From contig NC_086097.1 in the NCBI RefSeq assembly GCF_963921235.1, positions 169,572,001 through 169,636,000 on the forward strand: a stretch of 64,000 nt of DNA, given 5' to 3'. This DNA is from Mobula hypostoma (Eukaryota). This document shows positions 50,845-63,143 of the stretch, in pieces (positions within the stretch are counted from its first letter, which is position 1; the number at the start of each line of letters is the position of its first letter). The translations under genes were made by a program, and so were the position numbers. The notes below the pieces were generated by a model that was not told the DNA's origin, searched no databases, and saw only the letters and a program-made list of their open reading frames with translations.

Positions 50845-52786
50845 ATGCTAAAAAGAGGGCGTTTAGAGATGGAACTGAGGGCAATACAGAGGGACCTGAA
50901 AGCCAGGATCAGGGAGGCTAAAGACAGGTACAGGAGGAAGCTTGAGTGGAAACTCCAGCAGAACAACATGAGAGAGGTCTGGAGGGGGATGAGAACCATC
51001 ACTGGGTTCCGGCAAACTAGCAACAGAGGAGCTGAGGGCAGTGTGGACAGGGCCAACGAACTTAATCTGTTCTTTAACAGATTTGACATTGTGACCACTA
51101 CCCATCTCCTACATGAACCATCTGTTGTCGGCCCCCAATCAACACATGTTCCACTCTCCCCTCCTACCCCTCCTCACAGTCCCCCACCCTGCTCTCATGA
51201 CTATACCCCTCCCCCACACAAAACCACCACAGTGGGCTTCACGGCTGAACAGGTGAGAAGACAGCTGAAACGTCTCAGCCCAAGCAAGGCTGCAGGACCG
51301 AATGGTGTCAGTACCAGGGTGCTCAAAGCCTGTGCCCCTCAGCTATGTGGAGTACTTCGCCATGTATTCAACCTGAGCCTGAGGCTCCGGAGGGTTCCTG
51401 TACTGTGGAAAACGACCTGCCTCGTCCCTGTGCCGAAGATGCCACGCCTCAGTGGCCTCAATGACTACAGACCGGTGGCATTGACCTCCCACATCATGAA
51501 GACCCTGGAGAGACTTGTTCTGGAGCTGCTCCGGCCTATGGTCAGGCCACACTTAGATCCCCTCCAGTTCGCCTACCAGCCCCGACTAGGAATTGAGGAT
51601 GCCATCGTCTACCTGCTGAACTGTGTCTACGCCCACCTGGACAAGCCAGCGAGCACTGTGAGGGTCATGTTTTTTTGACTTCTCCAGTGCATTCAACACC
51701 ATCCGCCCTGCTCTGCTGGGGGAGAAGCTGACAGCGATGCAGGTGGATGCTCCCCTGGTGTCATGGATTCTTGATTACCTGACTGGCAGACCACAGTACG
51801 TGTGCTTGCAACACTGTGTGTCCGACAGAGTGATCAGCAACACTGGGGCTCCACAGGGGACTGTCTTGTCTCCCTTTCTCTTCACCATTTACACCTCAAC
51901 TACTCCACAGAGTCTTGTCATCTTCAGAAGTTTTCAGATGACTCTGCCATAGTTGGATGCATCAGCAAGGGAGATGAGGTTGAGTACAGGGCTATTGTAG
52001 GAAACTTTGTCACATGGTGTGAGCAGAATTATCTGCAGCTTAATGTGAAAAAGACTAAGGAGCTGGTGGTAGACCTGAGGAGAGCTAAGGTACCGGTGAC
52101 CCCTGTTTCCATCCAGGGGGTCAGTGTGGACATGGTGGAGGATTACAAATACCTGGGGATACGAATTGACGATAAACTGGACTGGTCAAAGAACACTGAG
52201 GCTGTCTACAAGAAGGGTCAGAGCCGATTCTATTTCCTGAGGAGACTGAGGTCCTTTAACATCTGCCGGATGATGCTGAGGATGTTTTACGAGTCTGTGG
52301 TGGCCAGTGCGATCATGTTTGCTGTTGTGTGCTGGGGCAGCAGGCTGAGGGTAGCAGACACCAACAGACTCAACAAACTCATTCGTAAAGTCAGTGATGT
52401 TGTGGGGATGGAACTGGACTCTCTGACGGTGGTGTCTGAAAAGAGGATGCTGTCCAAGTTGCATGCCATCTTGGACAATGTCTCCCATCCACTACATAAT
52501 GTACTGGGTGGGCACAGGAGTACATTCAGCCAGAGGCTCATTCCTCCAAGATGCAACACAGAGCATCATAGGAAGTCATTCCTGCCTGTGGTCATCAAAC
52601 TTTACAACTCCTCCCTCAGAGGGTCAGACACCCTGAGCCAATAGGCTGGTCCTGGGCTTATTTCATAATTTACTGGCATAATTTACATATTACTATTTAA
52701 CTATTTATGATTCTATTACTATTTATTATTTATGGTGCAACTGTAACGAAAACCAATTTCCCCCTGGGATCAATAAAGTATGACTA
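50845..52786 (+). mobile_element. Young 5'-truncated Rex1/Babar LINE (ORF broken by two frameshifts), inside an old Penelope remnant
   Basis: [40 protein letters not shown] and KKGQSRFYFLRRLRSF motifs; frameshifts at the T-run near 51670 and at about 51895; caataaagtatgactat tail. Confidence 0.9.
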
Positions 52787-53739
52787 TTCTCCCAGCTACC
52801 TGCACCTACCCTATCCACACACTTGGCTCTTTGCTTTCTCTGCCCCCCCCCCCCGCCCAACATCTGTTCCTGCTTCCATTGCTTTCACCTCATCCCTACA
52901 AATGTCCATTCTACCTTAAAGCAGGTAAGTGAGTATGACATCTATGTATCTTGACATTATTTAAGAGTACTTTGGGGTGGTGTTGTAGTGAATAAAGAGT
53001 CTTGTGTTTCTTTTGCTCTTGGGGATGAACCTGGAGTTATGGGTATTTAATATGATAAATGAAGCAAGTATAGGTAAGTAATGCGTAAATCCTGCTTCCT
53101 ATGACAATTGTAGTTTAAATAGCGAAACTGTTGTTATGCCAGCAGGGACTTTCCGCAGTGACTCACATAGTTAAAAAGAACAGTAATGAAAGTAATGGCA
53201 ATTTCACTATTAATAAAGTTGAATCATGTTGTGATAAAGCATAGAAGCAGGGCCTTCAGCCTACCCTGTGCACACTGATTATGAAATGTCCATCTAACAC
53301 TTTTTCCGTAGCCTTTTATGCCTTCGTGATTAAAGCACACCTTTAGATATTTAAATGTTGTGGGAGTTTCAGTCTCCACCACCACTCACACCACTTACAA
53401 ACTCCAACCACCTTTTGAGTGAAAAAGATGTCATCTGCAGACTCACTAAACAGCCCACCTACATTTCTGTCCATATCGTCACTGACCCCCGTGGAACCTA
53501 ACTGGTCACCGATCTCTAGTCAGTCCTACGCTCTAACTTATATGGCTAATCCTGTTTTAAATCATATCTACAAAGTCCTTGTGATCCCATGTGTCTTCAC
53601 CTTCTGGATCTGCCTACCATGAGGAACCTTGTTGAATATTTTATTAAAGTCCATGTGGACCTTTACTACCCTACCATCATGATTCATTTCTGTCACCTTT
53701 TCAAAATGAGAGATGTTTACATGATGGTCTCTCCACAAA

Positions 53740-54435
53740 ACCATGTTGATTAAGGGTAAGATGAGGGAACACACTCCAATTCTCAGAGGGATCAGAAGTG
53801 AGAGAGTGAGCAATTTCAAGTTCCTGGGTGTCAATATCTCTGAGGACCTAATCTGGTCCCAACATATCCATGCAGCTATAAAGAAGACAAGACAGCAGCT
53901 ATATTTCTTTGAGTTTGAGGAGATTTGGTATGTCACCTAAAATTTCTACAGATTCTACATAGAAGGCATTCTTACAGGCTGCATTGCTGTCTGGTAGCGG
54001 GGTGGGCTACTGCATAGGATCGCAAGAAGCTACTGCAAGTTGTAAACTTAGCTCCATCATGGGTACTAGCCTCTGTAGTATTCAAGACATCTTTAAGGAG
54101 GGATGCCTCAGAAATGTGGCATCCATTATTAAGGATCCTTATCACCCAGGACGTGCCCTCTTCTCATTGCTACCGTCAGGAAGGAGGTATACACTCAGTG
54201 ATTCAGGAACAGCTGCTTCTCCTCTGCCATCCAATTTCTGAATGACCATTGAACCCATGAACACCACCTCACTACTTTTTTATTTCTGTTTTTGCACGAC
54301 TTATTTAACTATTAGATATACATTTATATTTGCTGTAATTCAGTTTTTTTTCTATATTATTGCATTGTACTGCTGCCACAAAGTTAACAAATTTCATGAT
54401 ATATGCATATGATATTAAATCAGATTCTGATTTTG
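53740..54435 (+). mobile_element. Rex-type LINE 3' fragment
   Basis: FKFLGVNISEDL.W and IIKDPYHPGRALFSLLPSGRRY. Confidence 0.75.
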
Positions 54436-54711
54436 ATTACATTATGTACTTTGACTGATGAAGCCGAGTGTCCTGTATGTTGCCTTTGTCACTGTCTTCT
54501 ACACTGCTACCTTGAGATTTTTTTTATCTTATCAAGGTCCCTCCGCTTTTCAGTTCTCCTTAGGGCTGAACTATTCATTATGTGCATAATACTTTATTAA
54601 TTTCCCAAATTTAACTTAACTTTGTTTTAATAATTCACTTCTGATTATTTCCAATTTTCCAGTGTTCTATTTTCTTGTGCCATTAAGACTATCATTGTGG
54701 TACTGGTTGTA

Positions 54712-55011
54712 CCATAATGTACTGGTTGGGCACAGGAGTACATTCAGCCAGAGACCCATTCCACCAAGATGCAACACTGAGCGTCATAGCAAGTCATTCC
54801 TGCCTGTGGCTATCAAACTTTACAACTCCTTCCTTGGAGGGTCAGACACCCTGAGCCAATAGGCTGGTCCTGGACTTACTTCTACCGGGCATAATTTACA
54901 TATTAATTATTTATGGTTTTATATTGCTATATTTATACTCTATTCTTGGTTGGTGCAACTGTAACGAAACCCAATTTCCCTCGGGATCAATAAAGTATGT
55001 CTATCTATCTA
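54712..55011 (+). mobile_element. 3' end of the same Rex family as 50845-52786
   Basis: Near-identical to 52495-52786, with a (CTAT)n tail. Confidence 0.85.
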
Positions 55012-55359
55012 TTGTTTTATTAGTTGGACTGTTCTTTGCTCCAAAGTTAATTAATTGTATTAAATACATTTTTTAAAGGTCTATCTTTTTTTAAGATCTA
55101 GGGCAATTTGGTTTGCATTTTGGCAGATAACTTTTGAAAGATATCTGAAATGTTTGAGTGGTGTAATGATTCCCTCAACTATAAAGTGGACAAAGCAATA
55201 AATCCAGTAAACAACTCTAGTAACTGAGATTGCTGATACTTCTGTTATGGCTACAAGGATGGACAATAGACCAAGTATGTGGCAAGTTTTTCTTGCAACA
55301 CTTAATTTTTTGTGTTGGGAGCAGGGACTTGGGAGTATAAGAGCATATTTAATTGAAAG

Positions 55360-55960
55360 CGGTGGTGAAGGTGTTTGGCATGCTGGGCTTCATCAGCCTG
55401 AGCACTGAGTTTAGAAGTTAAGATTTGTTGCAGTTATACAAGTTGGTGAGACTGCACTTGGAGTATTGCATACAGTTTTGGCCACCCTGCTTCCTGCTTT
55501 CGGACATTATCAAGCTAGAAAGGGGGCTGAAGAGATTTATGAGGATGCCATCTGGACTTGAGTTACAGGAAAGGTTGGCCACGTTGGGTTGTTATTCTGT
55601 GGAGCACAAGAGAATGAGAGGTAACCTCACAGATGATAAAATCAAGTGTATGGATAAGGAAACTGTCATAGTCTTTTCTCCATTGTTGGGGAGTCCAAAG
55701 CTAGGGGACACAGATACAAGATAAGTAGAGAGATTTAAGAGACCTTAGAGCTAACCTCTTTACATAGAAGGTAGTGAGTACTTGTAAAGAGCTGCTGGTG
55801 GAAGTGGTTCAGACTGATACAATGGCAACAATCAAGAGGCATTTGGGTCAGTACATGGAAAGGTAGGGCTTGGAGGGTTACAGGATTGCAGTGAGGATGC
55901 TGTGGTCAGCATGACCAGTTGGACCAAAGTGTCTGTTTGTATGCTGTATTACTCTGACTC
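55360..55960 (+). mobile_element. Old CR1 3' fragment
   Basis: LQLYKLVRLHLEYCIQFW (ORF 55425-55724). Confidence 0.7.
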
Positions 55961-56445
55961 TGGTTTACTTTTAAGCACGGAGGATGGAAAATAAATGATT
56001 TGGAGAACAAAAACAGTATTTAAGTAAACTTTTAGAGAATATTATATTGGTCTGTTAGCCCCTGTGGTTAGAAAGCGGGGAAATTCATATTAAGAAACTG
56101 CGAAATGTCAGCCTAATTAAACAAGTACTGTGTTTTTTTTTATTCTTAAGAGAAGCGGATGCAAATAACTTCACAGAAATGTTAGACTCTTGGTTCCTTA
56201 ACAAAGGCAATGCCCTAAAGAAAATTCACATCTTTAAGAAAATAGTACTTGAGAAATTAGTGGCAAGAAATGTGCCTGAATTTGCATTACAGGATATTAA
56301 AAAAATAGCTAACCTTTGAAATAATGATTGCACTGCAATTTTTCTAATTCTGTGGCTTATTAAAATAGATCTGGCATATTGGAGGATGGCAAATGTAACC
56401 CCATCTTCTTTTGAAAATGGGAAACTGAAGATTATTTAGTCTTAT

Positions 56446-57722
56446 CACAAAGAAGAGAAAATCTGCAGATGCTGGAAATCTAAGCCACAGGCACAAAATG
56501 CTGGAGGAACTCAGCAGGTCAGGTAGCAAATATAGTTAAAAAAAAAAGTGCAGTCAACGTTTCAGGCTGAAACCCCTTGACAGGACTGGAGGAAAAAAGC
56601 TGAGGAGGAGATTTAAAAGGTGGGGGGAGGGGAGAGAGAAACAAGGTGATAGGTGAAACCTGAAAGGGGAGGGCTGAAGAGCCAGGAAGTTGATTGGTGA
56701 AAGAGACAGAAGGCTATGGAAGAAAGAAAAGTGGGAAAGAGCATGAGACGGAAGCGATGGGCAGGCAAGGAGATGAGGTGAAAGAGGGAAAGGGGGGATG
56801 AGAAATGGTGAAGGAGAGGGGGTGGGGGGCATTACCGGTAGTTCGAGAAATCAATGTTTGTGCCATTAGGTTGGAGGCTACCCAGGTGGAATATAAGGTT
56901 TGTTCCTCCAATCGAACTGTGGCCTCATCACAACAGTGGAGAAGACCATCGAGAGCCATATCAGAATGGGAAATGGAATTAAAATGGGTGGCCGCTGGGA
57001 GATACTGCTTTTTCTGGCAGAGGGAGCACAGATGCTTGATGAAGTGGTGTCACTGTTACAGAAGGCCACACTGGGAGCACTGGACACAGTGTATGACCCC
57101 AACAGTCTCACAGGTACCTCACCTGGAAGGACTTTTTAGGGCCCTGATGATAGGGAGGTGGTGTAGGGGCAGGTGTAGCACTTGTTCCACTTGCAAGGAT
57201 AAGTGCCAGGAGGGAGATCAGTGGGGAGGGACGAATGAAGGGAGGCATGTAAGGAGCGATCCCTGCAAAAGCAGAAAGTGGGGGTAGGGAAAGATGTGCT
57301 TGGTGGTGGGATTCCGTTGGAGATGGCGGAAGTTTTGGAGAATTATGTGCTGAACATGGAGCCTGGTGGGGTGGTAGGTGAAGACGAGGAACTCTATCCC
57401 TGCTAGGGTGGTGAGAAGATGAGATGAGAGCAGGCGTGAGTGAAATGGAAGAGATGCGGTTGAGGGCAGCGTTGATGGTAGAGGAAGAGAAGCCCCTTCC
57501 TTTGAAAAAGGAGGACATGTCCTTCGTTCTAGAATGAAAAGCCTCATCCTAAGAGCAGATGCAGTGGAGACAGAGGAATTGAGAGAAGGAGATAGTGTTT
57601 TTACAAGAAAAACAGGGGGAGAAGAGGTATAGTCTAGGTAGCTGTGAGAGTCCTTGGGTTTATAACAGACATCAAGTGAAAAGCTGTCTCCAGAGATGGA
57701 GACAGTGAGATAGAGACCATTT
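56446..57722 (-). mobile_element. 5'-truncated Penelope-like element
   Basis: RT thumb and GIY-YIG remnants plus tail; TSD GTCTTAT (56439-56445 / 57723-57729); hammerhead core mutated (CTGTCAA). Confidence 0.85.
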
Positions 57723-59862
57723 GTCTTATTTACTAAATTGAGAAAATGAGAAGAGATTTAATGGAATTCTGTCACAGCTAGACATTTTGAATGTGAAGAT
57801 GTGTCGAATGAAGAATCACAGTTTCATGTCAGAGGCAAGAGGTTTTAAGAGGTGAAGTTCACTCGTTATGTGGTAAACCTGTGGAATTCTCTAACAGGAT
57901 GCCTATAGAGACCAATTTTCTAAATATTTTTAAAAAAGGTAAATTTCCAGATACAAAGGGTATGTATGAAGGGAACAGGAATAGGATGTTGAAAGGGAAA
58001 ACTGGCCATGATCCTATTGAATGTCACAGCAGTATCCAAAGGCCAACCGGCCTACTCTGTTCATATTTTCTGTGGTTTCAAAGTAGATGATTTAAGCACT
58101 GCCTGATGATCAGGACTATACACAGTCCTCAATGAGAATAGCCACAGGATATGTACTTGATTTAGTGATGATTAAAATGCATTAAATCTTTTGACTAACA
58201 ATTTTTAAGGAAGTTATTCAAATTCATGAATGTGCTGTGTAGCCATGAAACAGTTAAATATATGTGTTCATGTGTAGGTTGCATCAGGAACTATTCATAG
58301 TATTACATTAGTTCGTTTTTTTAAGGAGTGATGTCATCTTTCCGAGAACACCAGAGCTTCAATTTACCAGAAAGTGTAGAACTTTTCCTGTCGACATCTG
58401 CAATGTAACCTTTGTAAACATGATTATGGAAATTTTATTGGCCTCTTAATGTATACTTTTTGTAAAACATAGGCTTAATTTATTTGGAAACAATAGATTA
58501 TTTATGTAACTGGAGTATTGCTGTTTCATTTATAAAAACAACCTTTTTGTATAGTAAACAATGCTTAATAATTTTGTATTCTGCATTTAAAATAGGAAAA
58601 CTTCCTTTTAAACTTAGTTTTGTAAGTATGTTCAAAATAAAATGAAAGAAAATATTACTTTTTTTCTGGAGTGGAAGCTAGCATAAGTATTTACGTAAAT
58701 TCACTGAGAATCCAGTTTAAAGAAAATTGTTAAAGAGTATTCAGGTACTTATTCAAAATGAATTTCTGTTCAAGGAACTTGTTTACAGTGACCAATCATT
58801 TTTGACTTTGGGTAGAAAGATTCAATCTTTCTGTTTTCAACTTCATTTTGATTTTTTATTTTGCAAGGAAGTATATAATATAAAATGTATTTTGTTAGTT
58901 GCTTTTGTTAATTATAAAGTCAACTTTTGAGCTCCTATGTGTAATTGTTATTCATTGTGCACTCCATTAGTCCATTCAAGTCTATGTGTTCTAACAAGTT
59001 TTGGGATTTTCGCCAAATTAATTTTTCAGTTTTTATTCTGGTGGGATTGCTGATTTTGAGTTCAGACTTATTCTGTTTTCAAAATATTTTCAGTCTGGAT
59101 TGTGTGTGTGTTTAGACAGATCCAGATGTCTGGAATAGGAAGTTAGCTTTTAGGGTTTTGTAATATGTTTTTAAGGGTGATACAGAATTCTGATAAATAA
59201 GTATTTGCTTAAGCAGGACCTGAGTGCAGAGGAATTATTGATGACGCGTCCCGCTTGCAAGTTCAAACCCATTTATGGACACTAAAATTATTCAAGATTT
59301 CATACGATGTTTCTATTGTCTATGCTGAAATTTTAATACAGTTATCCAGGAGTGTTGTATTGTTAAAAGCTCCACTTTCCAGTTTAGTTGGATGTATTTA
59401 GTGTTTATTGTTCACATTATGTGTTTGTTGGGTAGCAGTGCATTTTTAAAAAAAATAATCCCTGATAGTAAAGCATACACTTACTGTGAAATACCCTTTC
59501 TCCTTTGAATAACAGGAGAAAAAACTTGCAGTTTGGAGATAGCATCTGCAAATGTGAAATAACTCTTATTTTCTAATTTGTAGAAACTATCAAGTTGAGT
59601 GCACTTTAGTTGGGGATATATTTTGAGGACACCTGAATGATGGAGTGATTATGTCACTTGGCTCATTAACTGTAGCTAATCAAGTATCCTTGGATTGATG
59701 TTGAATGGAATGCTTGTCTCTTAATATGTAAATTGGATCTTGTGATGTGCACACAATATAGTTTATCATTTTAGGATTGTACCTCTGTGGTTTCTGCTGT
59801 ATTAACTGAATATGTTAATACAGTTAACATATTCAAAAAGGATGCAGAGCAACTTTTCTGTA

Positions 59863-60599
59863 CAATGGACTCAGGTTAGTTTGGTCATTGGTTAATGGGG
59901 ACAGCTGCTGTTTGGGACAATGTTTAAAGAACAAAAACTAATGGTGAAAGTAGCCAGGATCCCCTTAGTTTATTTGGGACACTGATTGGGACAGGAAGCT
60001 TGCTAAACAGTTTCCAATTGGTGTCAGTTGCGTCCGCCTGTGTTCAAAAAGCAGTGATTGTCACTGATGGTTGGCGAGAAATAAGCAGAAAGACATTTCA
60101 GGACTGTTTTGCTTACTATGGTTTCAAGCATTGAGGCTTGGAGATGCCAGAAATGGCCAGGAGTGGAAATGAAATAATTTTATTAATTTAAATTAGGAAC
60201 TACGAAGAATTTGAAGGTATCTGCAATCACCTTCAAGGTTACAATGAAGATGTGGAGGATTCATTCATTGAAAGCATTGTATAAAGGCAGTCCAATATCA
60301 TCTGCACTAGATGTCTGCACTGAGTTTGTTCATTTACAGTCAAATAAAAGAACATGGCAGTGTACACTGGGTGAATACCTCCATCAATAATTATTAGGAA
60401 GTAATACACAGCTTTATAGTACTGTAGTAGTATTACTAGTGTTCTAATTTGTTCTGTATTTCATTTAAATATATATTTTGTTATTCAGTTAAACACTAGT
60501 TTATCATTTTTATACTTTTTAAACTATTTTCATGAAACTTTGCTTAATTGAGCCAGAATGTCCTGGTCCTGATGTGTTCCAATTAACTGGAAATCACAG
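59863..60599 (+). mobile_element. Old non-autonomous Tigger/pogo-like DNA transposon
   Basis: Degenerate TIRs (CAATGGACTCAGGTTAGTTTGG / CCAATTAACTGGAAATCACAG), TA at both ends, and a W.EIS..TFQDCF...GF transposase remnant. Confidence 0.6.
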
Positions 60600-61194
60600 T
60601 ACCTTGACATCACTGAGATAGTGAGAGGTGCTCACTTAAGCTACTGGATTTCTTCAGCCAATACAATATTGTGGCTGCCAGAGCTTACTGATACCTTGGG
60701 AAGTCTAATTTTGCTTATCAACCCACTGGCTTAATACTACTACCAAATGGGTCAGACTTTTGGAACAATCAAGCAAGAGTCAGGAGTGGGACTGGTAGCT
60801 ACTCAGTCTGTCTGAGGAATTCTAACTTGTGTTAAGTTCATGTAAATGTTTTATTTCCAATTCCTTATTCATGTTGAATTAATGAGAACTAAACATTTTC
60901 CTATTTTAGACAGCTTGTTTTAAGAACCCATAGATATTATCCAAAACTGGAATAGGTATATTCTGAATGAAGCCATTGATCTGAGATTGCTCAGTTGCTT
61001 CTATTTACTTCCATTTGCTGCCTGTTGAGAAAAGAAATTTTCAATTCATTAGTTGATCCAGATTCCAGTCCTGATCCACAAGTATTTCTAAGTTTTAATA
61101 ATATCCAACAGTAATATTCAGTAGAAAATAGCATGGTCCACAATGTTAATTTTGGTTTGACATCTGTTAATTTTGTTTTACTTTTTAATTGTAG

Positions 61195-61295
61195 TTGACC
61201 ACAGCCGTGTTAAGCTTCAGAAAGCAGATAATGATTATATCAATGCAAGTCTAATTATCATGGAAGAGGCCCAGAGAAACTACATTTTAACCCAG
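61195..61295 (+). CDS. PTPN2: PTPN2 coding exon 3 ((F)[33 protein letters not shown])
   Basis: T-rich tract and GTAG acceptor, 101-nt exon, GTAGGT donor. The phase-1 junction with exon 2 gives TTT (Phe). Contains the PTP motifs DHSRVKL, DYINAS and YILTQ. Confidence 0.93.
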
Positions 61296-61442
61296 GTAGG
61301 TAGACACAGATAAGCCACAAAGTGTCTGTTGTCTGGTGTGATTGAGAATATTGAATTTTTTGCTGTTGGATTATGTGTGGGGTGGTGGAAATGTGTTCGT
61401 ATACAATTATGTAACCTGTACCCCAAATGAACAGGCAAAATA

Positions 61443-63143
61443 GACCTAACCAGTTCCCTTCCACCACCACTCTGCTCCGTCTAGCGGAATTAGTCCTTAC
61501 TCTTAATAATTTCTCCTTTGGCTCCTCCCACTTCCTCCAAACTAAAGGTGTAGCTATGGGCACCCGAATGGGTCCTAGCTATGCCTACCTTTTTGTTGGC
61601 TTTGTGGAACAATCTATGTTCCAAACCTGTTCTGGTATCTGTCCCCCACTTTTCCTTCGCTACGTCGACGACTGCATTGGCGCTGCTTCCTGCACGCATG
61701 CTGAGCTCGTTGACTTCATTAACTTTGCCTCCAACTTTCACCCTGCCCTCAAGTTTACCTGGTCCATTTCTGACACCTCCCTCTCCTTTCTAGATCTTTC
61801 TGTCTCTATCTCTGGAGACAGCTTATCTACTGATGTCTACTATAAGCCTACTGACTCTCACTGCTATCTGGACTATCCTCTTCTCACCCTGTCTCTTGCA
61901 AAAATGCCATCCCCTTCTCGCAATTCCTCCGTCTCCGCCGCATCTGCTCTCAGGATGAGGCTTTTCATTCCAGGACGAGGGAGATGTCGTCCTTCTTTTA
62001 AAGAAAGGGGCTTCCCTTCCTCCACCATCAACTCTGCTCTCAAACGCATCTCCCCCGTTTCACGCACATCTGCTCTCACTCCATTCTCCCGCTACCCCAC
62101 TAGGAATAGGGTTCCCCTGGTCCTCACCTACCACCCCACCAGCCTCCGGGTCCAACATAATATTCTCTGAAACTTCCGCCACCTCCAACGGGATCCCACC
62201 ACCAAGCACATTTCCCCCCCCCCCGCTTTCCGCAGGGATCGCTCCCTACGCGACTCCCTTGTCCATTCGCCCCACCAATCTCCCTCCTGGCACTTACCCT
62301 TGTAAGTGGAACAAGTGCTGCACATGCCCTTACACTTCCTCCCTTACCACCATTCAGGGCCCTAGACAGTCCTTCCAGGTGAGGCGACACTTCACCTGTG
62401 AGTCAGCTGGGGTGATATACTGTGTCCGGTGCTCCCGATGTGGCCTTCTATATATTGGTGAGATCTGACGCAGACTGGGAGATCGTTGTGCTGAACACCT
62501 ATGCTCTGTCCGCCAGAGAAAGCATCTCCCAGTGGCCACACGTTTTAATTCCACATCTCATTCCCATTCTGATATGTCTATCCACAGACTCCTCTACTGT
62601 AAAGATGAAGCCACACTCAGGTTGGAAGAACAACACCTTATATTCTGTCTGGGTAGCCTCCAACCTGATGGCATGAAGATTGACTTCTTTAACTTCTGCT
62701 AATGCCCCACCCCCCCCCCTCGTACCCCATCCATTACTTATGTATATACACACATTCTTTTTCTTTTTCTCTCTCTCCTTTTTCTCCCTCTGTCCCTCTG
62801 ACTATACCCCTTGCCCATCCTCTGGTGGATTTCCCCCCTCCCCCTTTTGTTTCTCACTAGGCCTCCTGTCCCATGATCCTCTCATATCCCTTTTGCCAAT
62901 CAACTGTCCAGCTGTTGGCTCCATCCCTCCCCCTCCTGTCTTCTCCTATCATTTTGGATCTCCCCCTCCCCTCCACTTTCAAATCTCTTACTAACTCTTC
63001 TTTCAGTTAGTCCTGACGAAAGGTCTCAGCCCGAAACGTTGACTGTACCTTTTCCTAGAGATGCTGCCTGGCCTGCTGCGTTCACCAGCAACTGATGTAT
63101 GTTGCTTGAATTTCCGGCATCTGCAGATTTCCTCGTGTTTGCG
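61443..63143 (+). mobile_element. 5'-truncated Penelope-like element (RT + GIY-YIG, frameshifted) in PTPN2 intron 3
   Basis: QTKGVAMGTRMGPSYA, LRYVDD, FLDLSV, YYKPTD and VIYCVRCSRCGLLYIGE motifs; perfect 10-bp TSD AGGCAAAATA (61433-61442 / 63144-63153). Confidence 0.93.
63009..63044 (+). ncRNA. Minimal type-I hammerhead ribozyme motif
   Basis: AGTC CTGACGA AAGGTCTCAGCCC GAAAC GTT GACT: intact CUGAnGA and GAAA cores, stem I AGTC/GACT, palindromic AACGTT stem III, NUH-type GUU site. Confidence 0.7.

Noticed and set aside
58100..58260. TGATGA motifs as an intronic C/D-box snoRNA
   Set aside because: No properly spaced D box (CTGA) with a terminal stem could be identified.
61258..62170. ORFs suggesting a PTP-reverse transcriptase fusion
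   Set aside because: Exon 3 ends at a canonical GT donor, and read-through meets an in-frame TAG at 61302-61304 region stops before the Penelope RT begins; the adjacency is a simple intronic insertion.
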